From an uncultured virus (IMG/VR IMGVR_UViG_2565956946_000004) (lineage: Duplodnaviria; Heunggongvirae; Uroviricota; Caudoviricetes), in IMG/VR virus record IMGVR_UViG_2565956946_000004: a DNA stretch of 20,000 nt, one strand, 5' to 3'. Shown in pieces: positions 9,501 to 17,026 of the stretch; position 1 is the stretch's first letter; each line of letters opens with the position of its first letter. Both the position numbers and the translations under genes were made by a program. Below the pieces are notes generated by a model. The model did not search any database. It had not been told where the DNA came from and worked only from the letters and a program-made list of their open reading frames with translations.

Positions 9501-10493
9501 ATGACATACGCAAACCGAATTAATGATCGACGCTTAATTTTAGGGCCAAAGGATGACCTTATGGCGATCAGCCCGATGAAACACACATGGGCCAGAGACA
9601 TTCATCAACGCATGAAGGATAACAATTGGTTCCCCGAAGTGGTCGACTTGAGTAATGAAGGCATTTGCTATCGAGACAAGCTTACCGAAGCGGAACGTCG
9701 ATTGTATGACAAGAGCCTTGCGTTTTTATCGAACCTTGACGGCATTCAATTTCACAATATCAACCAAAATATTGCAAAACATGTGACCTCACCGGAAGTT
9801 GCCATATGTTTGTCCCGTCAAGCTTGGGAGGAAGCCAACCATGTAGAGTCTTATGCCAAACTCATCGAAACGGTCTCAGCGGACCCAATGAGTGTCTATA
9901 TGACATTTGAACGCGATGGTATTTTGGCGAAGAAAAACGAGTTTATTTTGCGTCAATCACGCATCTTGGGAGATCAGTTCTCAGCGCGTGGTTTTGCCCT
10001 TGCTTGCATTTCTAACGTCATGCTTGAGGGCGAGTATTTCTTCTCAGGATTCTTAGGATTTTATCTACTTGCTTTCAAAGGTAAGATGTTGGGTTCTGCG
10101 GATATGATTCGCTATATTCAACGTGATGAAGAAGGAACGCATCTTGATCTGTTCTTGAACATGATTGAAACATTGCGTATTGAAAATCCTGAAGTGTTTA
10201 CTTCTTCATTTTGGGAAGATGCGGCTAAAATCATTGATGAATCTACCAAAATGGAAATTAGTTGGGGTCAATATATTCATCAAGGCGTTACCAATCCAGA
10301 AGCGATTGAACTGTATATTAAATATTTAGCTAATAAACGCGCCGCTCAAATTCGAGCGCCATTTGTGCCTTATCCTGGTGTGGTAAATCCGTTTCCGTGG
10401 GTAGAAGAGTTCTCTAAGCCTAATACAGCCGAAAAGAATTTCTTTGAAACACGCGTAACAGACTACAAAACTGGCGGTGCGTTAGCATGGTAA
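9501..10493 (+). CDS. nrdB: Ribonucleoside-diphosphate reductase class Ia beta subunit
   Basis: WFPE, LD, EEANHVESY (radical Tyr retained), LEGEYFFSGF, RDEEGTH, NFFETRVTDY. Confidence 0.95.
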   Translation: MTYANRINDRRLILGPKDDLMAISPMKHTWARDIHQRMKDNNWFPEVVDLSNEGICYRDKLTEAERRLYDKSLAFLSNLDGIQFHNINQNIAKHVTSPEVAICLSRQAWEEANHVESYAKLIETVSADPMSVYMTFERDGILAKKNEFILRQSRILGDQFSARGFALACISNVMLEGEYFFSGFLGFYLLAFKGKMLGSADMIRYIQRDEEGTHLDLFLNMIETLRIENPEVFTSSFWEDAAKIIDESTKMEISWGQYIHQGVTNPEAIELYIKYLANKRAAQIRAPFVPYPGVVNPFPWVEEFSKPNTAEKNFFETRVTDYKTGGALAW

Positions 10494-10494
10494 A

Positions 10495-10521
10495 AGAAAA
10501 GGCGCTTAATGCGCCTTTTCT
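10495..10521. terminator. Bidirectional terminator between convergent nrdB and doc-like gene
   Basis: agaaaaggcgc-ttaat-gcgccttttct perfect 11-bp stem. Confidence 0.8.
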
Positions 10522-10939
10522 ATAACTGATGAACATACTGATAGAGATACTCAGCTAAAGCCTCAGCAATCTCTTTATGATTTCCATCTTCTGTTGATTG
10601 TGCGCTTTGCACAATATCAACCATCATGTCATCAAGATCTTGATTAGGCTCGATATAGACGCCTTGCATACGAAGGTAAGTCAACATTACGGTTAATCCA
10701 GTTCGCTTATTGCCGTCTGAGAATGCATGTTGAGTGGAAATAGAAATCCCATACCATGCCGCAATCTCATAAATGTCATTCAAACCGTCATAATAAACAT
10801 ACTGCTGAACTCTATTTAAAGCACTTTCGAGAAGACCATAATTAGTTGGACCTCTCATGCCTCCTTCTACGCTGTCTAAAATCTCGCTATGAATCGCTTC
10901 AACAAGCGTTGCGTTAATTAATGGCGCTGGATCATACAT
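10520..10939 (-). CDS. doc: Doc/Fic family toxin (death-on-curing type)
   Basis: HAFSDGNKRTG motif with Doc-type Lys; GLLESALNR; 139 aa. Confidence 0.88.
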   Translation of the reverse strand: MYDPAPLINATLVEAIHSEILDSVEGGMRGPTNYGLLESALNRVQQYVYYDGLNDIYEIAAWYGISISTQHAFSDGNKRTGLTVMLTYLRMQGVYIEPNQDLDDMMVDIVQSAQSTEDGNHKEIAEALAEYLYQYVHQL

Positions 10940-11301
10940 TACTTATAAGCCAGACGTTCGAGTTCCTCGTGATGATCACGAATAACACTGCGAGCAACTC
11001 CGCGCACCAAACGCTCAGAAGCAGGAGATGCATTTAACTCCATTGCTACAGCCGCGCGAGCCAACACATCGTTATGAATTTCATCCATAACCTTCGCATA
11101 CTCCTGAGAAAGCTTTAAAGACGTCATAACTTCAACCGCCTCTTTAATGCTGGCGTGTTGTGACAAATATCTTTTAACTAAGCGTTCCTTCTCTTCTTCG
11201 CTAACTTCAGGAGTTGATTTAAAAACTCTTTGAAGCTCTAAAATTCTTTCGCTTTTAGATTTGTTTTTACGCTCAGCTAAAAACTCGCTAAATCTTTTCA
11301 T
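10939..11301 (-). CDS. Putative antitoxin of the Doc toxin
   Basis: Stop overlaps the toxin start by 1 nt; charged helical protein ending RSVIRDHHEELERLAYK; GAGG RBS on minus strand. Confidence 0.6.
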   Translation of the reverse strand: MKRFSEFLAERKNKSKSERILELQRVFKSTPEVSEEEKERLVKRYLSQHASIKEAVEVMTSLKLSQEYAKVMDEIHNDVLARAAVAMELNASPASERLVRGVARSVIRDHHEELERLAYK

Positions 11302-11322
11302 GTAATTAACCTCTTTAACAAA

Positions 11323-11371
11323 CGTCGATCCAATGTCAATTCATTGCGTCGATCGAATGTCATGGTTCATT
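11323..11371. repeat. Two imperfect direct repeats upstream of the TA operon
   Basis: cgtcgatccaatgtca (11323-11338) and cgtcgatcgaatgtca (11347-11362), 15/16 identical, 24-bp period, each followed closely by ttcatt. Confidence 0.75.
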
Positions 11372-11442
11372 TTAACTGTTTATTCGTAAACATAAAACAA
11401 CTGGCTAAAAATAAGCCTATTTTGCTGAAAATAAACTCCAAA

Positions 11443-11466
11443 AGATCAGTCAGTACTGACTATACT
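11443..11466 (+). promoter_or_regulatory. Palindromic motif copy 5 overlapping TATACT, upstream of thyX
   Basis: Identical over 24 bp to copy 3. Confidence 0.8.
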
Positions 11467-11531
11467 TTAACGCTCAGAGAACGAGGGGTGGCATTAGTCA
11501 CCTCTTTTTAAAAAGTGAGTGTTACCCAACA

Positions 11532-12392
11532 ATGCAAGTCAAAATTATTGCGGATTCTTGCAGCCATGAAGGTAAGCGAATTACTACCTTTCAGCTGCGT
11601 TATCCGCGCTTTATTCACAGTGAAGTGATGACCCACCGCGTATTTAGTCGCAATGCTTCAAGCTCGCGTGCCATCCCTGTTATCAAGTTGATTAACCAAG
11701 TTGAAGCAAATCCGGCAATGCCTGTTCATTGGGGTAAAAACCAAGCTGGTATGCAAGCTTGGGAAGAGGTGAATGAGTACAAAAAGGAGCTTGCGCGTGA
11801 AGCATGGTTGGAAGCTGCTAAAAATGCAGTAAATACCGCACGTTTCATGGCTGACGATCTTGGTCTGCACAAACAAGTTGTTAATCGCATTTTAGAACCT
11901 TTCCAATTTATTGAAGTGGTTTTAACAGCGACAAGCTTCGATAACTTTTTTGAGCTACGCCATCACGAAGATGCGGACCCAACCATTTTTGCCTTAACTG
12001 CATTAATGAAGGCTGCGCTAGAAAAATCAATACCTGTCTTATTGGCCCCTAATGAGTGGCACCTTCCGTACATTCTGGATGAAGAACGCGAAAAGTATCC
12101 AACCGACATTTTGTTGCAAGTGTCGGCGGCTCGTTGTTGTCGTGTGTCCTACTTGCGGCATGACGGTAAAGCGCCAGACATCCAAAAGGATATTCGCCTT
12201 TGCGAAAAGCTAGTGGGTTCTGAGCCGCTACATGCCTCTCCATTTGAACCCCAAGCCACACCAGATATTCGCAATCCGTGGTTAGTGAAGTTGTTCAAAG
12301 GCGAATGGCAAAACAAACATCTACATGGGAATTTCGATGGCTTTGTACAGCATCGAAAATTAATCGAACTTCAATTTAAGGAAGCAGCATGA
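11532..12392 (+). CDS. thyX: Flavin-dependent thymidylate synthase (phage ThyX/Thy1 type)
   Basis: SEVMTHRVFSRNASSSRA motif, HKQVVNRILEPF, NFFELR; nucleotide-metabolism context. Confidence 0.85.
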   Translation: MQVKIIADSCSHEGKRITTFQLRYPRFIHSEVMTHRVFSRNASSSRAIPVIKLINQVEANPAMPVHWGKNQAGMQAWEEVNEYKKELAREAWLEAAKNAVNTARFMADDLGLHKQVVNRILEPFQFIEVVLTATSFDNFFELRHHEDADPTIFALTALMKAALEKSIPVLLAPNEWHLPYILDEEREKYPTDILLQVSAARCCRVSYLRHDGKAPDIQKDIRLCEKLVGSEPLHASPFEPQATPDIRNPWLVKLFKGEWQNKHLHGNFDGFVQHRKLIELQFKEAA

Positions 12393-12682
12393 GCTTTTGG
12401 AAATGGTTATTCGGCTCAAATGAGTCAAGCCCACAGCCACAGAAATCGGTCGACTTGATTATTGGAAATATCACCAAGCAAGTTGAAGAACTAAGCGCTT
12501 TGGAAGAACAAAAACTTCGCGAAGCAAACAATCACGGCGAAGAAGCAGCAAAAATCTTATTCAAACAAGATGAAGCAAATGCCGAAGCTGCTCGCGCTCG
12601 TACTGTTGGCGCAGCTTTAAGCAAGCTAATCACAGCGCCTCAAAATTTAACCATTGAAGATGTAAAGAAGGAAATTAACTGA
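12389..12682 (+). CDS. Hypothetical coiled-coil protein
   Basis: ATGA overlap with thyX stop; TGATG overlap with dut start. Confidence 0.75.
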   Translation: MSFWKWLFGSNESSPQPQKSVDLIIGNITKQVEELSALEEQKLREANNHGEEAAKILFKQDEANAEAARARTVGAALSKLITAPQNLTIEDVKKEIN

Positions 12683-13140
12683 TGGTTCCAGTGGAAGTAA
12701 AAATTTTAGATGACCGCTTATTAAGTGAGTTTGGTGCGCCTGTATATGCCACTCAAGGCTCTGCGGGTTTGGATCTACGTGCATGCCTTGACGCTGAAGT
12801 AACGTTGAATCCGGGAGAACAATTACTCGTATCAACTGGCATCGCCATTCACCTAAAAAACAAAAACTTGGTGGGCATGCTGTACCCACGTTCAGGGCTA
12901 GGCGTTAAACATGGAATTGTTTTAGCGAATGGCACTGGCGTTATTGATAGCGACTATCAAGGTGAAATTAAAGCGTGTCTCCGCAACAACGGCGACAAGC
13001 CATTTGTATTAAAGCCGGGTGAACGCATTGCTCAATATGTTGTTTTGCCAACATTCCAACTAGCGATGACTGTTGTAGATGAATTTGATTCATCAACTGA
13101 ACGCGGTGAAGGCGGCTTCGGAAGCACAGGTACAGAATAA
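12682..13140 (+). CDS. dut: dUTP diphosphatase (trimeric)
   Basis: GSAGLDL, PRSGLG, GVIDSDYQGE, GERIAQ and RGEGGFGSTG motifs. Confidence 0.97.
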   Translation: MVPVEVKILDDRLLSEFGAPVYATQGSAGLDLRACLDAEVTLNPGEQLLVSTGIAIHLKNKNLVGMLYPRSGLGVKHGIVLANGTGVIDSDYQGEIKACLRNNGDKPFVLKPGERIAQYVVLPTFQLAMTVVDEFDSSTERGEGGFGSTGTE

Positions 13141-13823
13141 TGTTTGGTCTTTGTGGAAGTCACCGTACTGGTAAGACAGCGCTTGCTCAAGCATACGCGG
13201 AAAAGCACGGTGCTATTTTTCTGAAAAGTGACATCACAGGATGGCAACGTGAGATTGGGTTTGATTCATCGAATCAGACCTACTCATTCGATGATCGAAT
13301 GAAGATCCAAGAGCATATGATTGCCCGCCTTGAGGATTTATACGTTGAACACTTCATGGGCGAGAGCAAACTCGAACCAGTCATTACAGATCGCACGCCT
13401 ATTGACCTGATGATGTACACCCTCGCTGCCGTGACAGACGGTTTAAGCGATGAACAGTCTCAGCGCTTGGAAGCGTATTTGAACAAATGCTTTGAAGTCC
13501 AAAACAAATATTTCACGGGGGTAATGCTTGTTCAGCCGGGTATTCCTTTGGTCAAAAAAGAAGGCTCAGCCAAGTGCTGTAAAGCTTTCATTGAAAAGCT
13601 AAACACGATTGTTTTGGGCCTGTTTATGGATGGTCGTTTACGAGTGCCGCATTGGTATCTCAAACGCGACGTCCTTGATCTTAATAAACGTATTTCTCTT
13701 TGTCATTCATGCTGGCACAAAGCACGGATTTCGCTAATTGCCAAATTGGATGCAAAGGAAACAGTTTCAAGCAAGCCTGATTCCATGAATGGGATTGAGT
13801 TTGCCACTGAAACACGCCAGTAG
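13140..13823 (+). CDS. P-loop nucleotide-kinase-like protein (AAA_28/dNMP kinase-like)
   Basis: N-terminal GSHRTGKT Walker A and ITDRTPID kinase DR motif. Confidence 0.7.
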   Translation: MFGLCGSHRTGKTALAQAYAEKHGAIFLKSDITGWQREIGFDSSNQTYSFDDRMKIQEHMIARLEDLYVEHFMGESKLEPVITDRTPIDLMMYTLAAVTDGLSDEQSQRLEAYLNKCFEVQNKYFTGVMLVQPGIPLVKKEGSAKCCKAFIEKLNTIVLGLFMDGRLRVPHWYLKRDVLDLNKRISLCHSCWHKARISLIAKLDAKETVSSKPDSMNGIEFATETRQ

Positions 13824-13912
13824 GCGAATCAATCTGAGGTCATTGAGACCCCAATTTAACAGAGCTTCAATAAAGAAGTTGAAGCGCAAACACTCAGAAT
13901 CAAAAGGAGTTA

Positions 13913-14119
13913 ATGATGAGTGACGCAGCGGTCCAACAATTACAAGCGCAAGTAACCGACCTTACTGCAAAAGTGACAGCGCTCACAAACACTGTTACGG
14001 CGCAGGGTGAAGAAATCAAGCAGCTTAAACAAAGTGCTGACGCGAATGCGTCCGCTATTAGTTCTTTAAGCACCTCGGTTTATAGCTTATCGAATCGTGT
14101 AACGCGTCTTGGTGGCTAA
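13913..14119 (+). CDS. Small heptad-repeat coiled-coil protein
   Basis: AAGGAG RBS; regular V/L heptads; followed by a terminator. Confidence 0.75.
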   Translation: MMSDAAVQQLQAQVTDLTAKVTALTNTVTAQGEEIKQLKQSADANASAISSLSTSVYSLSNRVTRLGG

Positions 14120-14144
14120 CAAGCGTAAGTAATTAACAAGGAAG

Positions 14145-14167
14145 TGGCAGCGGAAGCTGCCATTTTT
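14145..14167 (+). terminator. Intrinsic terminator
   Basis: tggcagc-ggaa-gctgcca followed by ttttt. Confidence 0.75.
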
Positions 14168-14191
14168 ATCAATTTATATAACGGGGTTTCT

Positions 14192-14290
14192 ATGAATATC
14201 AATACCCTCCCCTCTTTGTGGTTGGTCGGTTTAGCTGTTATTGGCGCGGTGATTATGTGCATCGCAATTTTGATTCGAGTTTTTGGATGA
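14192..14290 (+). CDS. 32-aa single-TM microprotein (absent from ORF track)
   Basis: MNINTLPSLWLVGLAVIGAVIMCIAILIRVFG*; GGGGT upstream; ATGA overlap with the next ORF. Confidence 0.6.
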   Translation: MNINTLPSLWLVGLAVIGAVIMCIAILIRVFG

Positions 14291-14457
14291 GCAAGATGGC
14301 TTGGTTTTTATTGGGATTCATTGTTGCGTGGTTCATGTGTCACAACTACACACACTCAATGATCGCCTCTGAATGTGAACGTCTAGGCGGGTTCTTTGTA
14401 GGTAAGAAGGTGTTTAAGTGCATCGCGGTCGAGAAACTTGAAGAGGAAAAGAAATGA
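14287..14457 (+). CDS. Small hypothetical membrane-anchored phage protein
   Basis: MSKMAWFLLGFIVAWF...CERLGGFFVGKKVFKC; ATGA overlaps at both ends. Confidence 0.65.
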   Translation: MSKMAWFLLGFIVAWFMCHNYTHSMIASECERLGGFFVGKKVFKCIAVEKLEEEKK

Positions 14458-14849
14458 TCGTTATTAGATTTACAAATCACCAATCGCCTTTGGGGATAAA
14501 GAAAGGCTGGACTTTGGGTGATAGAAAAAAGCCGCAAGACCTTCTTTTAATACGCATTCCTTTTGTAGAGGTCATTCATACAAAAGAAGGTCGTTTATTT
14601 GACTTCCTTCGCATGTGGGTTAATGAAGATCTCAGCTGGCACAAATTGGTTCGTCGTGAGCGTAATAAAGGTTACGCACGCGGAAAAGCCGAAGGGCTTA
14701 AAAACGTTAGAGACGACTTGCAGTATTGGAAAGATGCATTTGACAAGCAGTACGCAAAAACTCGCGAGATTGAGGCTGAAAATCAAACCCTCAAACAGAC
14801 CATTAAAGGATTGGTCATCATAAAGGGTGACGAAAATGGCAAAGCATGA
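14454..14849 (+). CDS. Hypothetical phage protein
   Basis: 131-aa ORF, translationally coupled. Confidence 0.65.
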   Translation: MIVIRFTNHQSPLGIKKGWTLGDRKKPQDLLLIRIPFVEVIHTKEGRLFDFLRMWVNEDLSWHKLVRRERNKGYARGKAEGLKNVRDDLQYWKDAFDKQYAKTREIEAENQTLKQTIKGLVIIKGDENGKA

Positions 14850-15024
14850 TTTTAAAACCAGAAAAGCCGCTCGTACTGAGCATTACTTCAAGCATGTGTA
14901 TCGAAACAAATTAGTACCTTGTACAGCCTGCAATGGTTCAGGTTGGTATGACTCGTGCCGACCTAATGGTGACTCAATCCCATGCGGTAGCTGTGAAGGC
15001 ACCGGCAAGGAGCGTGAAAGATGA
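14836..15024 (+). CDS. Small zinc-finger protein with two DnaJ-type CxxCxGxG repeats
   Basis: CTACNGSG and CGSCEGTG. Confidence 0.7.
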   Translation: MAKHDFKTRKAARTEHYFKHVYRNKLVPCTACNGSGWYDSCRPNGDSIPCGSCEGTGKERER

Positions 15025-15329
15025 ATGCTGTTAAATTTATTCAGGATTTTGGACTTAAGAAGGCGAGAGAGGTTATTGAAGCCGCAATAGATGGTTCTAC
15101 TCATGTCATCTATAAGCAAGCGGACGGACTCATTAATTTGAAAGACCTCAAGCGTCTAGTGGAGTCTTTGGATCGTATAGCGCAGCTTGGCGGATTGTCG
15201 AAAGCAAAAGATCACTTGGCTTATTTGATTTCGTTCGGTTCTGAGTTTGCTGGAGTAAGCAAAGACGAGATCAAGGAATTGCAGCAAGACGTGGCTGTCC
15301 ACGAATCAATATACGGAGGCGGGGAATGA
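15021..15329 (+). CDS. Hypothetical phage protein
   Basis: AAGGAG RBS, ATGA overlaps; MNAVKFIQDFGLKKAREV resembles Acinetobacter prophage ORFs (recalled, not searched). Confidence 0.7.
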   Translation: MNAVKFIQDFGLKKAREVIEAAIDGSTHVIYKQADGLINLKDLKRLVESLDRIAQLGGLSKAKDHLAYLISFGSEFAGVSKDEIKELQQDVAVHESIYGGGE

Positions 15330-15562
15330 ATCAAGAATTTTTGAATTGGGCAAAAAAGAATTTGAATTACACAGGTGTAGATGCATTTGAAGCGGGAAAA
15401 CAAAGTCGACAGGCTGAGATTGATGCAAATGAACTAAAGCTCTTAAAGCTTAGTGAAGCCATCTATGCGTGTGGTGATCTACGTGAATATTCTGATGATG
15501 AGCTATTAGGCTTCTACAGGGTCCTCAAAGGCATTTTGGAGGATAAAGACCATGCTTGTTGA
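15326..15562 (+). CDS. Hypothetical phage protein
   Basis: GGAGG RBS, ATGA overlap. Confidence 0.7.
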   Translation: MNQEFLNWAKKNLNYTGVDAFEAGKQSRQAEIDANELKLLKLSEAIYACGDLREYSDDELLGFYRVLKGILEDKDHAC

Positions 15563-15755
15563 TGAGCAAATCAAAATGCTTGAAAGCGGTGACTATGTTC
15601 TAGTGCCTAAAGAGCCTACACAAAAAATGCTTAATGCTGCTCACTGCTACATGAACCCAGTTAAAGGAAGTGATGTGCATCCTGAAACAAATAGAAAGCG
15701 CAGAGAGATGTACAAGGCGATGATTGGGGCATTTAAAGGAGCCAGCCATGAGTGA
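15552..15755 (+). CDS. Hypothetical phage protein
   Basis: GGAGG RBS; YVLVPKEPT.KML...YKAMI pattern common in small phage ORFs. Confidence 0.7.
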   Translation: MLVDEQIKMLESGDYVLVPKEPTQKMLNAAHCYMNPVKGSDVHPETNRKRREMYKAMIGAFKGASHE

Positions 15756-16170
15756 GTTTAAAAATTTCCAATCATGCCCCGTTTGCCGAGAGCAGACTGA
15801 TCAATGCTTGTCGTGCGCCTCGTATGTTGTGGATGGCGAACGTATTTATTATGAAAAACTGAAAGATTATGGCGCAACTCAAGATCATGAATTGCGTTTT
15901 ATTCGCCATATTCAGAAGCATAGAACAACGGCATTTTTTCATAATGGAAAATTGTATATACCAAGCCGACAAGGAAGATCAGTTCCTTTAGCAATTGGTT
16001 TGCAATGGGAGGCTTGGCAGGAACAACAATTAAAAGTGGACGAACTTCAAAATCGTATTAATTCGGCGCTTGCAAGGGCTGACATGACTTGTATTGGTCA
16101 ATCCATGTTTTTTAAGCAGTTTGATGACGTTATTGCAATTTTGAGAGGAGAGAAACGCAATGATACATAA
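15748..16170 (+). CDS. Hypothetical phage protein (N-terminal CxxC...CxxC)
   Basis: AAGGAG before ATG 15748; in frame with track ORF 15724..16170. Confidence 0.7.
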   Translation: MSEFKNFQSCPVCREQTDQCLSCASYVVDGERIYYEKLKDYGATQDHELRFIRHIQKHRTTAFFHNGKLYIPSRQGRSVPLAIGLQWEAWQEQQLKVDELQNRINSALARADMTCIGQSMFFKQFDDVIAILRGEKRNDT

Positions 16171-16206
16171 CGACGGCTGGTTTTGGATCTTTATGATAGT
16201 TGTAGT
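16160..16206 (+). pseudogene. 5' fragment of a small membrane-protein gene interrupted by IS26
   Basis: GAGGAG RBS then MIHNDGWFWIFMIVV running into the IS26 end at 16207. Confidence 0.6.
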
Positions 16207-17026
16207 GGCACTGTTGCAAATAGTCGGTGGTGATAAACTTATCATCCCCTTTTGCTGATGGAGCTGCACATGAACCCATTCAAAGGCCGGCATTTTCAGC
16301 GTGACATCATTCTGTGGGCCGTACGCTGGTACTGCAAATACGGCATCAGTTACCGTGAGCTGCAGGAGATGCTGGCTGAACGCGGAGTGAATGTCGATCA
16401 CTCCACGATTTACCGCTGGGTTCAGCGTTATGCGCCTGAAATGGAAAAACGGCTGCGCTGGTACTGGCGTAACCCTTCCGATCTTTGCCCGTGGCACATG
16501 GATGAAACCTACGTGAAGGTCAATGGCCGCTGGGCGTATCTGTACCGGGCCGTCGACAGCCGGGGCCGCACTGTCGATTTTTATCTCTCCTCCCGTCGTA
16601 ACAGCAAAGCTGCATACCGGTTTCTGGGTAAAATCCTCAACAACGTGAAGAAGTGGCAGATCCCGCGATTCATCAACACGGATAAAGCGCCCGCCTATGG
16701 TCGCGCGCTTGCTCTGCTCAAACGCGAAGGCCGGTGCCCGTCTGACGTTGAACACCGACAGATTAAGTACCGGAACAACGTGATTGAATGCGATCATGGC
16801 AAACTGAAACGGATAATCGGCGCCACGCTGGGATTTAAATCCATGAAGACGGCTTACGCCACCATCAAAGGTATTGAGGTGATGCGTGCACTACGCAAAG
16901 GCCAGGCCTCAGCATTTTATTATGGTGATCCCCTGGGCGAAATGCGCCTGGTAAGCAGAGTTTTTGAAATGTAAGGCCTTTGAATAAGACAAAAGGCTGC
17001 CTCATCGCTAACTTTGCAACAGTGCC
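16207..17026 (+). mobile_element. IS26: IS26 (IS6 family), complete, 820 bp
   Basis: 14-bp terminal IRs GGCACTGTTGCAAA (16207-16220) and TTTGCAACAGTGCC (17013-17026). Confidence 0.98.
16270..16974 (+). CDS. tnpA: IS26 transposase Tnp26 (234 aa)
   Basis: MNPFKGRHFQRDIILWAVRWYCKY...RVFEM; DDE residues. Confidence 0.97.
   Translation: MNPFKGRHFQRDIILWAVRWYCKYGISYRELQEMLAERGVNVDHSTIYRWVQRYAPEMEKRLRWYWRNPSDLCPWHMDETYVKVNGRWAYLYRAVDSRGRTVDFYLSSRRNSKAAYRFLGKILNNVKKWQIPRFINTDKAPAYGRALALLKREGRCPSDVEHRQIKYRNNVIECDHGKLKRIIGATLGFKSMKTAYATIKGIEVMRALRKGQASAFYYGDPLGEMRLVSRVFEM

Noticed and set aside
7031..10493. Intron/intein in nrdA or nrdB; class Ic beta subunit
   Set aside because: Both ORFs are continuous and of normal length; the radical Tyr (HVESY) is retained.
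873..11466. CRISPR array or iterons from the repeated palindrome
   Set aside because: Copies are single, short, far apart and intergenic; no spacer periodicity, cas or rep gene.
11532..13823. DNA base hypermodification cluster
   Set aside because: No hydroxymethylase, glycosyltransferase or other modifying enzyme visible; ordinary dTTP supply explains the genes.
13824..13912. Hammerhead ribozyme or tRNA
   Set aside because: CUGANGA/GAAA core and cloverleaf/T-loop consensus are absent.
16030..16797. 255-aa minus-strand ORF
   Set aside because: Antisense shadow of the IS26 transposase running across the IS boundary.
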